64,000 bases of DNA from Macrostomum lignano (taxonomy: Eukaryota). Under the pieces are notes generated by a model. That model did no database searches, was not told the DNA's origin, and worked only from the letters and a program-made list of their open reading frames with translations. The stretch spans positions 11,226 to 75,225 of the forward strand of contig NIVC01003201.1 in NCBI GenBank assembly GCA_002269645.1. Reading direction: 5' to 3'. Positions 26,701 through 38,400 of this stretch are shown here, piece after piece. The position numbers and the translations under genes are program-made. Position 1 is the stretch's first letter, and every line of letters begins with the position of its first letter.

Positions 26701-29700
26701 CCAGGGTGACGTTGGACAGGCCGCGGATTTCGCTGCCGGATTTATCGCCGCACAGCCTGCGCAGGTAGCTGCCCTCCACGTAGATGTCCACGAATTCCAG
26801 CTTGCAGCTGCGGTGGGCGGTTTAGCAACAGCGATGGGTTTTGAGATTTTATTTTCAACATTTCATTGTGTTGAACTTATTATAGATAAACTTCTAGCTT
26901 GACCTTGGAGGAAACCCCTACCTGATTCATTGGAACGAGATGGAGATTGGAGATGGGAAATGAGAGATGGGAGATGAAAGGTGGGAGATGGGAGATGAGA
27001 GATAGGAGATAATAGGTGGGAGATGGAAGATCAGAGATGGGAGATGAGATATATGAGAGATATAAGATAGGAGACAGGAGACGGGAGACGGGAGATGGGA
27101 TTTTGGAGACGGGAGATGGGAGACGGGAGACGGGAGACGGGAGATGGAAGACGGTAGACGGGAGACGGGAGATGAGAGATGGGATATTGGAGACGGGAGA
27201 TGGGAGACGGGAGAAGGGATTTTGGAGACGGGAGATGGGAGACGGGAGACGGGAGACGGGAGATGGAAGACGGTAGACGGGAGACGGGAGATGAGAGATG
27301 GGATATTGGAGACGGGAGATGGAAGACGGGAGACGGGAGACGGGAGATGAGAGATGGGATATTGGAGACGGGAGATGGGAGACGGGAGATGCATGGTAGG
27401 AGATAGGAGACGCGAATGGAAGAAGCAAAAAACGGGCCTGATTGAGAACAAGTGCACGGTTTATCAGTGCTTTTTTCTAGGCTGTTTTCCGAGGTGCAAA
27501 AACTGCCAAAACACCTGTGTCCAATAGTTTTCTTATTTGACTATCCTCAGTTTCGCTCAAGAGGTACATAAAATTGAAATAGCTATTTTTGTTTTGAAGG
27601 ATAGTCTCCGCTGCAGAATAAATATTGCATGCCTGAGAAAACAATTTTATGCTCTAAAAAATAGAGATGGCCAAACGTCTCAACAAGCATAAAAAGCCTG
27701 ACATGCATGAGCCTATAATCAAGATAAAACTGCTCATATCCATCCAACTTGAAGCTTTCCTCTTTCTACTTTTCTTCCCTTAACTAAATCCTGCTAAGCG
27801 AGAGGCCGATGCAGTGCACTTTTCAATCCGGGCGCAGAGTCTGATTGAATTGAGTGCGGTCGCAGCTCAATGGTGTGAGAATTTCTGCAACCAGCCACCC
27901 TCTGCCATGGCCCACGGCCCCAATGCTAGCTTCTAGTGCTGAGAATGCCGCGTCTCCCAGTCAGCTGTCAGCTCACAGATTCTAGAAGAAGCAGGGAGTA
28001 GAAGAAGAGAGAGGGGATGCGAGAGTAGGTGAGGAAAACGGAGAGACTGATGGGAGATGAGAGATGGAGATGAGAGATGATAGATAGGAGATAGAAGATG
28101 GGGATGGGAGAAGGAAAATGGGTGAGAAAAGATGGAAGAGAACAGATGGGAGATGAGAGACGGGAGATGGGAGACTGAAGATGGGAGATGGGAGATTGAA
28201 GATGGGAGATGGGGGATGGAAAATGGGTGAGAAAAGATGGAAGAGAACAGATATGAGATGAGAGACGGGAGATGGGAGACTGAAGATGGGAGATGGGAGA
28301 TTGAAGATGGGGATGGGAGAAGGAAAATGGGTGAGAAAAGATGGAAGAGAACAGATGGGAGATGAGAGACGGGAGATGGGAGACTGAAGATGGGAGATGC
28401 GAGATTGAAGATGGGAGATGGGGGATGGGATATGGAAGATAGGAGATGGGAGATGGGAGATAGGAGATGGGAGAGGAGAGATGGGAGATTGAAGATGTGA
28501 GATGGGGGATCGGAGATGGGAGATTGGAGATGGGAGATGAGAGATGAGAGATAAGAGAAGGTGAGGAAATGAGAGGGAGGGAGATATGGAGAGAAGACAG
28601 AGAGGGGAAGTGAGAAGTGATTGGGAGATTAGTGGGCAAAAGCGAACAGGAGTTGACACTACAGCCAGACAGATAAAAAAGCATTGCGCACAGAAGGCAT
28701 GCGGAAGGTCTAGCAGAGTGTGAGGAGGGCGGGACGGCAGCTCGGTAGGTAAACGGAGAGAAGTAATGAGGAAAGGAAAAGTCAAGGGAGCCCCGCCGCT
28801 CCCCTTCGAGTCTACCCGCTGCCCCTCGGGCAAGATGAGGCTGGGAGGCTGGAAAGCCCGGGCTCAAAAGTGAGTTCAAAGTGAGCTGGAAAGAAGCAAC
28901 TGACTGGATCTGAACTCTGAGGAAGAGGGCTGGACTAAGGGGGGGGGGGGTATGGCGGCCTCTCCTCTGTCCTCTCGCTTGCAAAATCGACTGCTCAGAT
29001 GACCGCTTAATGAGCAGATAAGACAGAAATGATGATTGAGAAATCGACTCGGGAGTCTAAACGAAAATATGACGGCAGGAATTTTTTGTGGGGCAAAAAA
29101 ACGGGTTCCGCTTGCACGCTTGCATGACAAAGGGAGAGTTTTTGTAATTTTTTTGCAATTGCCAGCGCTATCCCATTGTTTTTTGCCGGCAGCAGAGTTC
29201 AGCGCAGATCACTTTCACCCGCTGGCGGCTTCCGGAGCGGCGCTACTTTGCCGGGGAATTGGGAGGGCGGAAGCTCAGGAGCGGTGAGTGATCCAGTTAG
29301 TGCTTTTGGGAAGTTCACAAGCGAGAAATGAGAGGCAGAGAACTCAGAGTCAGAGAGAGAGAGAGTCACTCTGAGGTGCCACTTATACTCTCTGGCCCCT
29401 GCCGTGGCGTATTTACCTTAATTAATTCAATTACTCAAGACACAACTGGACCGCTGGGATTTGGCCCGCGGGGGAGGGGGGGTGCTGCTGAGGTGGGGAA
29501 CTGCCAGCCACCGTAGAGAAGAAGGCCGGCGAGGTTAGGGAGGCAGAAATTTTCCAACTCTTCTTTCCAAAAGAGAGCTGGAGCCAAGACCAGAAAAGTA
29601 CACCTGCACCGAGGCTTGGAGGCCAGCGATTTTATCCTCACGCAGACCTGGAGAAATCTATGCTGGAATAGAGAGGGGGGCGGATACCCCCAGGCACATT

Positions 29701-32384
29701 CGGGTGCGATAGTTCTGCCATTTGATACAGATCAATCCTTGATCCCAGATAGAAATATCCCTATTGAACCGCGCCAGCAGCAGCAGCAGCAACAACAGCT
29801 GCAGGTGAATGCCGGCCAAAGTGGTAATCGGCCGTTTCTCGAGACTTGAGAGAGCTCTGCTACCGCTCTCGCTGCAAATGTACTTCCTCGTCTGTTTTCA
29901 TCCTGTGCCATCAATAGGGGGGGTTTCTTTTCTGTTCTCTCCCTCTGCGAGGATCGGGATTTGACCAGCAGAGTGTGAATCCCATTTTGATGTTCCCTCG
30001 ATCCGCCTCGATCCCTTCAGCTCGAACTAGTTTGCGGCGAAAGAATTTCTAGTCCTTCTCAATTTCTCTTCCCATCTCCGAACTTCACTGAGTTGGAGCT
30101 CCATAGACCCTGCGGCTCCAAGCCCCATCCCTCCCGATCCTCTCAAACTCCACAGCTCCCCTTTTTTTAATCCCCAGCTCCAACCATTTTTATAAAGCCC
30201 GTTTTATCAGTTACTGCGACAGGGTGGCAACACAGTATGGAGCGAGAATGAGTGCACATCTCATTGGAGAATAACTGCACATCTCGAGAATGAGTGCACA
30301 TCTCATTGGAGAATGAGTGCACATCTCATTGGAGAATAACTGCACATCTCGAGAATGAGTGCACATCTCATTGAAAAATAACTGCACATCTCATTGGAGA
30401 ATAACTGCACATCTCGAGAATGAGTGCACATCTCATTGGAGAATGAGTGCACATCTCATTGGAGAATAACTGCACATCTCATTGGAGAATAACTGCACAT
30501 CTCGAGAATGAGTGCACATCTCATTGAAAAATAACTCCCATTTCTCTTCCCATCTCTGAACTTCACTGAGTTGGAGCTCCATAGACCCTGCGGCTCCAAG
30601 CCCCATCCCTCCCGATCCTCTCAAACTCCACAGCTCCGCTTTGGAATCCCCAGCTCCAACCATTTTTATAAAGCCCGTTTTATCAGTTACTGCGACAGGG
30701 TGGCAACACAGTATGGAGCGAGAATGAGTGCACATCTCATTGGAGAATGAGTGCACATCCCATTGGAGAATGAGTGCACATCTCATTGGAGAATGAGTGC
30801 ACATCTCATTGGAGAATGAGTGCACATCTCATTGGAGAATGAGTGCACATCCCATTGGAGAATGAGTGCACATCTCATTGGAGAATGAGTGCACATCCCA
30901 TTGGAGAATGAGTGCACATCTCATTGGAGAATGAGTGCACATCCCATTGGAGAATGAGTGCACATCTCATTGGAGAATGAGTGCACATCCCATTGGAGAA
31001 TGAGTGCACATCTCATTGGAGAATGAGTGCACATCCCATTGGAGAATGAGTGCACATCCCATTGGAGAATGAGTGCACATCTCATTGGAGAATGAGTGCA
31101 CATCTCATTGGAGAATGAGTGCACATCTCATTGGAGAATGAGTGCACATCTCATTGGAGAATAAGTGTAACCCGAAATGACCTGATATAACTCGAACTGA
31201 TCTGACATAACCGAAAATGACCTGACGTAACCCGAAATGATCTGACATAACCGAAAATGACCTGACATAACCCAAAATGACCTGATATAACCCGAAATGA
31301 CCTGACATAACCGAAAATGACCTGACGTAACCCGAAATGATCTGACATAACCGAAAATGACCTGACATAACCCAAAATGACCTGATATAACCCGAAATGA
31401 CCTGACATAACCGAAAATGACCTGACATAACCCGAAATAATCTGACATAACCGAAAATGACCTGACATAACCCAAAATTACCTGACATAACCCTAAATGA
31501 CCTGATATAACCCGAAATGATCAAATTGATTGCAAAATTTTTACCTCGCATTGATTCTGTTTAATTTTTATCATCGAGATCCAAAAGAACTCGGATGACT
31601 GCATCAAGCCAGCATTAATGCTTATTACGAGCTAATAACAAGAATTGAGTTACAATTTGCAATCCGCTTGACCCAGCCAGGCCCTCTCACCCCGAGTTCT
31701 CCTGGCCGATCTGAAACTCGATGAGCCGCAGCTGGATGACCTTAGTCGGGCCGGTCAGCAATACAAAGGAGAAGCAAATCCCTTTGGGGAAGCTGGAGTG
31801 CCCATAGTTCGGAGACTTCAGCTCGCCCGAGCTTGAGAAGTTGCTGTGGTACACGGTCTCATGCGCTGCAGGAGTGAGCAATCGAAATTGATTACTGTTG
31901 AGATTCGTGCAATGGCAAGCTCTGTTCTTAGCTCACAGCCGCAGGACATCACAGACACATCACATCAACAACAACAACATCACAGACACCCACAGCCGCA
32001 GGACACTCAACAACATCCCAGACACCCACAGCCGCAGGACACTCAACAACATCACAGACACCCACAGCCGCAGGACACTCAACAACATCACAGACACCCA
32101 CAGCCGCAGGACACTCAACAACATCACAGACACCCACAGCCGCAGGACATTCAACACCATCCCAGACACCCAAAACATTCAACAACCAAGGCAGCAGTAG
32201 TCAAACACTCACCGCTGCACCGAAAGGACCGAACGCCGGGCACGAAGACAGACATCGCTGCCAAAGCCAGCAAAAGAGCAGTGCCGAGATTTAGCCACAG
32301 CGGCTGCGTCGGACGCCGCTCTCGCTGCTGCTGAGTGCGCGGTTGGCAGCGATCCGTATCGGTCGACGAGCCGCCGCCAGTCAT
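15205..32384 (-). CDS. Type I membrane protein: signal leader, 3xCUB, LDLa, TM, cytoplasmic tail (Neto/SOL-2/LEV-10-like), 755 aa
   Basis: Ten exons (-): 32384-32213, 31865-31691, 26807-26614, 24457-24280, 22801-22605, 21498-21298, 20123-19988, 17807-17722, 16547-16392, 15977-15205. All are GT-AG, phases concordant, total 2268 nt. CUB motifs GELKSPNY, GVIKSPGY...C.YDI, GVISSPSF...CAWII, GFRIRY, GFQLKY; LDLa CDGRQSC...SDEEDC; hydrophobic TM followed by RGRRRR. Confidence 0.9.
16570..17225. repeat. 42-bp minisatellite (intronic)
   Basis: GACAGGTGATGATTGACAGGTGACGAGTCAAAGTTCACGAGT units. Confidence 0.93.
17251..17697. repeat. 25-bp minisatellite (CTTACCGAGGAGTGAAAGACACCAG)n, about 18 units, each with a GTAAG on the gene strand
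   Basis: Direct tandem repeats seen in the sequence. Confidence 0.95.
18675..19930. repeat. 30-bp minisatellite with higher-order block duplication (intronic)
   Basis: AGTTGTGGCGCCAACTGAAGGACCTGAGAG units; produces the VVAPTEGPER ORFs. Confidence 0.93.
20150..20605. repeat. (GACT)n plus a 29-33-bp GACT/GAGT composite repeat
   Basis: Direct tandem repeats just upstream of the acceptor at 20123. Confidence 0.95.
21590..22400. repeat. 17-bp minisatellite (CAGATGAGCTAGAAACC)n
   Basis: Direct tandem repeats with GAGTCAGAGACT variants. Confidence 0.95.
24693..25005 (+). mobile_element. CORE-type SINE copy 2
   Basis: Same A/B boxes, core and 3' segment as copy 1. Confidence 0.9.
25183..25402 (-). 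mobile_element. CORE-type SINE copy 3 (3'-truncated), inverted relative to copy 2
   Basis: Reverse complement of the head and core; ends at CATCTGAAGG. Confidence 0.88.
25990..26595. repeat. 34-bp purine-rich minisatellite
   Basis: GATGCAGGCGAGAGTGAGGTGAAGGTGAGAGGGA units; accounts for most of ORFs 25952-26791 and 25975-26649. Confidence 0.95.
26935..27410. repeat. Low-complexity (GGAGAC/GGAGAT)-type purine repeat
   Basis: Short variant units, with partial internal duplication. Confidence 0.9.
28050..28625. repeat. Low-complexity (GGAGAT)-type purine repeat
   Basis: Short variant units. Confidence 0.88.
30064..31165. repeat. About 190-bp duplicated block (30064 and 30541), each copy followed by a 23-bp palindromic minisatellite (GAGAATGAGTGCACATCTCATTG)n
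   Basis: Two near-identical unique blocks and tandem 23-mers. Confidence 0.93.
31168..31520. repeat. 20-bp minisatellite (CCCGAAATGACCTGACATAA)n
   Basis: Direct tandem repeats. Confidence 0.93.
31950..32170. repeat. 36-bp minisatellite (CA-rich)
   Basis: CACAGACACCCACAGCCGCAGGACACTCAACAACAT units. Confidence 0.92.
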
Positions 32385-32692
32385 CCATAAACCGTTCCGA
32401 TGCGCTCGCAGCACGGCGCGCTACCTGAATGGCAGCAGTTGGTTGCGCTGGATAGTGGAGAGCTGGCCGGCTGGCCCAAGCAGTTGGGGACAAAATCTGA
32501 GACGCTGGCATTCGTCTATTGCGGTGGATTGAAGCCTATAAATTGCTCCGCCTTCCTCTGGGCCAGGCCGTCTCTGATTGGCTGGCCGGACTTTGGCCAC
32601 TGTGTGGGGGGACTGCACTTCGCAGCTGACCGCAATCGCGAGCTGAGCCTAAAATATCTCTCGATAGTCTATTTACCAATCCGAGTGTGAAC

Positions 32693-33340
<648 letters not shown>

Positions 33341-33849
33341 GAACGAAGCCGAACAGAGCGCACAGTCAGTTTCATTCCATCGCCACTAGTAATTCTTTCT
33401 CGACCCGTCGCTTGTCAGCCGCCCCCTCCCCGAGCTCCAACTGGCGTAATTGAGTTGGCCCGAGTTTGTGTCCCGGGGCCGCAGACCCCGAGGCTTCAAC
33501 TGGCGGTCGGTGAAGCGGAATGCGCAGCTTTAGTAGAAGAGAGCCGGTGCGAAAGGGCCCGTCTCCTTGCACTTATTTGCATAGACAGGCTGGCCGGCAG
33601 GCAGTACAAATGCTGGCCACAGGCGTCCTCTTGCAGCATATGATTAATGCGATTTATTTCCAATCTCTGCGACACAAATTGTTTGTTTGGCTCGATTCTA
33701 ACCTAACGCATTCGGTTTCTCTGCGTTTGGAATTTCGACATGACTGGCAAAATCTACTCCCGGTTGCTTGGGTCTCAGTTGATGAAATTCAAAAGTACAA
33801 TTGTTGGCTAGCTTGAAACTGCATGCGTGGCGATATCAACTCAAGGTAT

Positions 33850-34331
33850 AGCTCTGCTCAATGGTGTCTGTTCTCAACACCAGCTCTGCTCAATGGTGTC
33901 TGTTCTCAACACCAGCTCTGCTCAATGGTGTCTGTTCTCAACACCAGCTCTGCTCAATGGTGTCTGTTCTCAACACCAGCTCTGCTCAATGGTGTCTGTT
34001 CTCAACACCAGCTCTGCTCAATGGTGTCTGTTCTCAACACCAGCTCTGCTCAATGGTGTCTGTTCTCAACACCAGCTCTGCTCAATGGTGTCTGTTCTCA
34101 ACACCAGCTCTGCTCAATGGTGTCTGTTCTCAACACCAGCTCTGCTCAATGGTGTCTGTTCTCAACACCAGCTCTGCTCGGATGGTGTCTGTTCTCAACA
34201 CCAGCTCTGCTCAATGGTGTCTGTTCTCAACACCAGCTCTGCTCGGATGGTGTCTGTTCTCAACACCAGCTCTGCTCAATGGTGTCTGTTCTCAACACCA
34301 GCTCTGCTCGGATGGTGTCTGTTCTCAACAG
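33850..34331. repeat. 32-bp minisatellite (CTCTGCTCAATGGTGTCTGTTCTCAACACCAG)n
   Basis: About 15 direct units. Confidence 0.96.
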
Positions 34332-34388
34332 CATGACGCTTCTCTTTCTTGAAAAATGAGGAATTTCTTCTGCTGTAAACAGTCTAAC

Positions 34389-34572
34389 CTGATGTGAAAA
34401 CATAGAATGAACAGTCAATAAAAAGCGCAAGAAGATTCTGGCACAGTAGGATCAAGGATAGCGGAAGATGAAGCGCACGTGACAGGCTGGCTCTGCGGGG
34501 AATGCTTTCCGCTTCGGCGGGCAGTATAGGGGATGGAGCGTTACACCTGGCCTCTCTTGCTTCCTGCAGCAT
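34389..34572 (-). CDS. Candidate alternative first coding exon (signal-peptide-like leader) of the CUB-LDLa-TM gene
   Basis: ATG at 34572 gives MLQEAREARCNAPSP...ALHLPLSLILLCQNLLALFIDCSFYVFTS and ends at a phase-1 donor G|GTTAG, compatible with exon 31865. Confidence 0.4.
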
Positions 34573-34789
34573 CTGGGAGTGAGTTTGCGGCTGATGAAGC
34601 GGCGCCAAGTCTCATGGGGGCTTTGAACTCACTGTATAGGTTTATTCTCTCACTAGCTTACAAGATACAACAGTAGTACAATACTTTTTCAGGGAATCAA
34701 TGAATGAGTTTTTTCTCCAACTTTCCATAGTCTATGGCGCAGATACTATAGTCAACTGAATACGGGTACCAAGCAGTGTTCAGTTCGAT

Positions 34790-35411
34790 GAAGGAGTGCA
34801 CTTTTGGCGGGCAGGTAACGGAGCTTCCGCGCTGTCAGCAGTTCGTCTACCTCGGCGGTCTGGTACCTGACGTCCGCGAAGATCTGCGGCGTCGCCGCGG
34901 GCTTGCCTGGGCTGCCTTTCGCTCTGTGAGGGCGGTCCTGCAGTCCGAGGCCCTACCTGACCGCCAGAGGGCGACGCTGTTCCAGGCGGTGGTCGAGACC
35001 GTTCTGTTGTACAACGCCGAGACCTGGACGCTGACGGATTCTGCTGGCCTGCTGCGTGCCGCCTTTGAGATCAGCGACGAGCGGATCACTAACGCGGCAC
35101 TCTATCGCCGCGCCGGCCTGGCCCGTCCAAGTGAACTGCTGCGACTTCGGCGACTCCAGCTGGCAGGCCACATCATCCGCGCCGAGTCCTACTGCCCGCA
35201 GCCGGTGCATGAGGTGCTACTGCTAACGCTGCAGGCACCCTACCGGCGCGGCCAGGCCCGAACTCGGCGTTTCGTCGACTGCCTGCTGGCCGACGCTGGC
35301 GCCCCGGACTCTGCCGGCGGTGTGGCCTTTGTTCGCGCCCAGGCTCTGAAGCGTGCCCTGTGACGCTGCTTTTTTTCACCTGACAGCGTACTTTGTTGTT
35401 GTTGTTGTTGT
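34790..35411 (+). mobile_element. 5'-truncated RTE-like LINE (RT thumb/C-terminal region) ending in (TTG)n
   Basis: Translation has FVYLG, VLLYNAETWTL and RRLQLAGHIIR, typical of the RTE-group ORF C-terminus. Stop at 35363, short 3' UTR with an ACGCTG/CAGCGT inverted repeat, then a (TTG)n run. Confidence 0.8.
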
Positions 35412-38400
35412 GTGTGTGTCTTCGGCGAGAAAACCATTCAGCTGAGCCACCGAGGGTGGGCCAGCTGAAGGAATTTTAACACCTTGGGCTCGTCTTGAAG
35501 CGATCTTATTCCTTCCACTCCACACCGAATCCTGATAGAGTCCCATCTACTACACGTCATCCAGTGGTCTTTCGATTCTTCTTCGTCGCAAAAAGAGCAG
35601 TTTCCGGCCGGGTCCAGGCCCACCTTCTGCCTCCAATAGCTGGTATGCTTGCAGTGCCCACAACGCAGTTGAGCCATCAACACCTCCGTTTTACGGTTTA
35701 CCGAGCACAGCACCCTCTTTTCTCCAAACACGGCCTCCAATCTCTTGTCTTCACAGGACGAGCTGGCACCTCTCTTGAGGATCTGCCTCTTGACGCAACT
35801 CCAGTCCATGGCCGTGTGATCCTGGCACATCCCTCCAGCCGCCTTTGCCTCCTGGTCAGCCTCTTCGTTTCCTTGGATACCGATATGACTCGGGATCCAC
35901 TGTAGCCAGATCTCTGTCCTCTGGCTGGCACAGCGCAGCCTCCCGATGGTGTTGTACATTCTGGCCGACAGGGGTGTCTTTTCGCCTCTGAGTTTAAGTA
36001 GCGCGGACTTGCTGTCCGTGCAGATAAGAGCACTGCGGGGCTTTTTTTCCTCGATAAAATCCAGCGCTAACACTAACGCCACTTCTTCCGCCACCAGCGA
36101 ACTGCAGAACTTACCCGCCGCCGCTCTACGGACTTCTCTGGCGTTATCCGTGAAGGCCACACACGCCGCTCCTCCATTTTGCTGCCCCTCGCCCACAGAG
36201 CCGTCAGTGAACAGCCGCATTTCGAAGACACCGCAAGCCTCGATGGTAGCTTCTGCTTCTTCCAAGAGGTTTTCATCCCCCTTCTTACCACCTCGGATCA
36301 GCTCCGTGGAGATCACAACTCCGTCTCTCTGCAACCTTTTCCAGGGCGGATGTCTCTTACGGATAAAACTTTCACGAGGATGTTGGGACCATTCCAGGCA
36401 GGCTCCTCTAGCCTGTTCCCTCCAGCCTTTATTTGCGGCGAGGCGCCTTGTAACATGTTTTTCACTGCAGCTCCTAAGCGGGTCGCCCTCCGGTGCTCGA
36501 CAGGCTTTTTCCCACGCGATCAGCGCTCTCCTCCTGCCTTGATCCCTGATAGGTTCGACTCCGGTCTCCAGGTACACCGCCTCGATCGTCGTGGAGCGCA
36601 CCAGTCCAGCCGCCGCTCTGAGACAATCCCTTTGGGTCCGTTCAAGCCTATCAAAATTTGAGCTAGACAGCCAGGGGAGCCACGCCGGTGCTCCATACCA
36701 GACACAGCTTTCCACGATGCTCTTGTACACCAGCAGCAGGTCAGCCGTCCTCCACCCCCAGCTGGTATTCGCCAGGACCCGGATCGCTCGTGCTCTGCGC
36801 TTCATCTTTTGGGCCACCTGGTCGGTATGCTCGGTGAAAGTCAGACCTCCATCGATGGTGACACCAAGGTATTTCAGCTTCCTGACCGTGGCGATGGGGT
36901 GGCCCGCGATGCTCAGGCCGATGTCTATGGTCTTATCCTTCGGCGCTCTGCTAAAAACGCATGCTTCACACTTTTGCGGATTTAGTTCGATCTTAAGGTC
37001 GCGGGCCCAGCGCTCGATCTTGTTGAGCGCTCGCTGCATGCGGTCACAGGCGCCTTCAACGGTCTGATCCGACGTCCAGATAGCCAGGTCGTCGGCGAAT
37101 CCTCCATATTCCACTCCTTTTTCCTCGAGGTCCTTCCAGCCGTTTGCATACAGAAGGAACAGGGCCGGCGAGCTCACTGCTCCCTGGGGGAGGCCCTCCT
37201 GGAACCTCCTCCATTTACTGCGACCGTCTCCGACTCTAACTCTTGCCTGACGACCCTCCAGAAAGCTGGCAAACCATTTAACCAGGTGCGCCGGAGCTCT
37301 TTCCTCCATCAACCTGTTTATCAGTTTGACTCTCCATACCCTCTCGTACGCCTTAGAGCAGTCCAGGGTTATGGCGATGGTCTTGAGTGGCTTTTTCGCC
37401 TCCCATCCGTCTTGGATGTCCTGGACAAGTCGAATAACTTGTTCCTCGGTGCTGCGGCCTCTCTGGAAGCCCGCCTGCCAGCTCTTAATGATCTTGTTCT
37501 CTTCCATCCAGAAATAGAGGCGGTTTGTCACCATGCGCTCCATCAGCTTTGCACAGGCCGATGTGAGGCTGATTGGGCGGTACGACTCCCGTTTCTTCGG
37601 ATCTTTTCCGGATTTCAAAAGCGGGATTATCTCTGCCTTCTTCCACGTACCGGGGCAGAGATGCTCCGCCCAACTTCTATTGAATAACTTGAGCCATCTT
37701 TCCAAACACCGGTCCGGCAGATTTTTAAGAAAACGCACCTCAATGCCATCGACTCCGCCCTTTTTATCCGAGGCCATTTGCTCTAGCGCGTCCGTGAGCT
37801 CCTCTATGACGAACGGCACCCCGAAGTCGGCAGCTTCATTGTACTCACGGAGTCCTTTTGCCACCTGGGCTCGGAGCTTCCTGTCCTCTTTCTCAATCTT
37901 GACCTTGCTGTTTCCTGCGTACATGTCCACGAACACAGCCGCCTTTTCCTCATCTGTCCTCGCTTCATGGTTTCCTTTCACGATGATCTCATTCGGTATG
38001 TTCTCCTCTTTAACCGAGTGAAGCGCTTTGATGGTTCTCCAGGTGTTCTTGCCGTCGTCTCCTTCCTTAAGGTTTTTGACATGCTCTTTCCAGAAGCTGA
38101 GCCTCTTTTCTCTAATCAGCGCGTTCAGCTGCTTGTTTGCCGCGGTCCAACGCGCGCGGCTGTCCTCATCCCTGCGCGTCTCTGCGTCTCTCTGACGTTG
38201 GATCTCTGTCAACTCCTCGTCCCAGAAGGGCATGTTCCGCCTTGACACTTTCTTTTTAGGCACTCCCTCTTCAGCTGCCTGCACCATCGCTCTACTAAGG
38301 TCTTTGGTCTCCTGCGCAATGGATCCGCTCGGGTGGCCTCAAACGCTTCAGCGCACTTTTTTCTGAAAGACGACCAATCCGCTTTCTTCCACGCCCAAGC

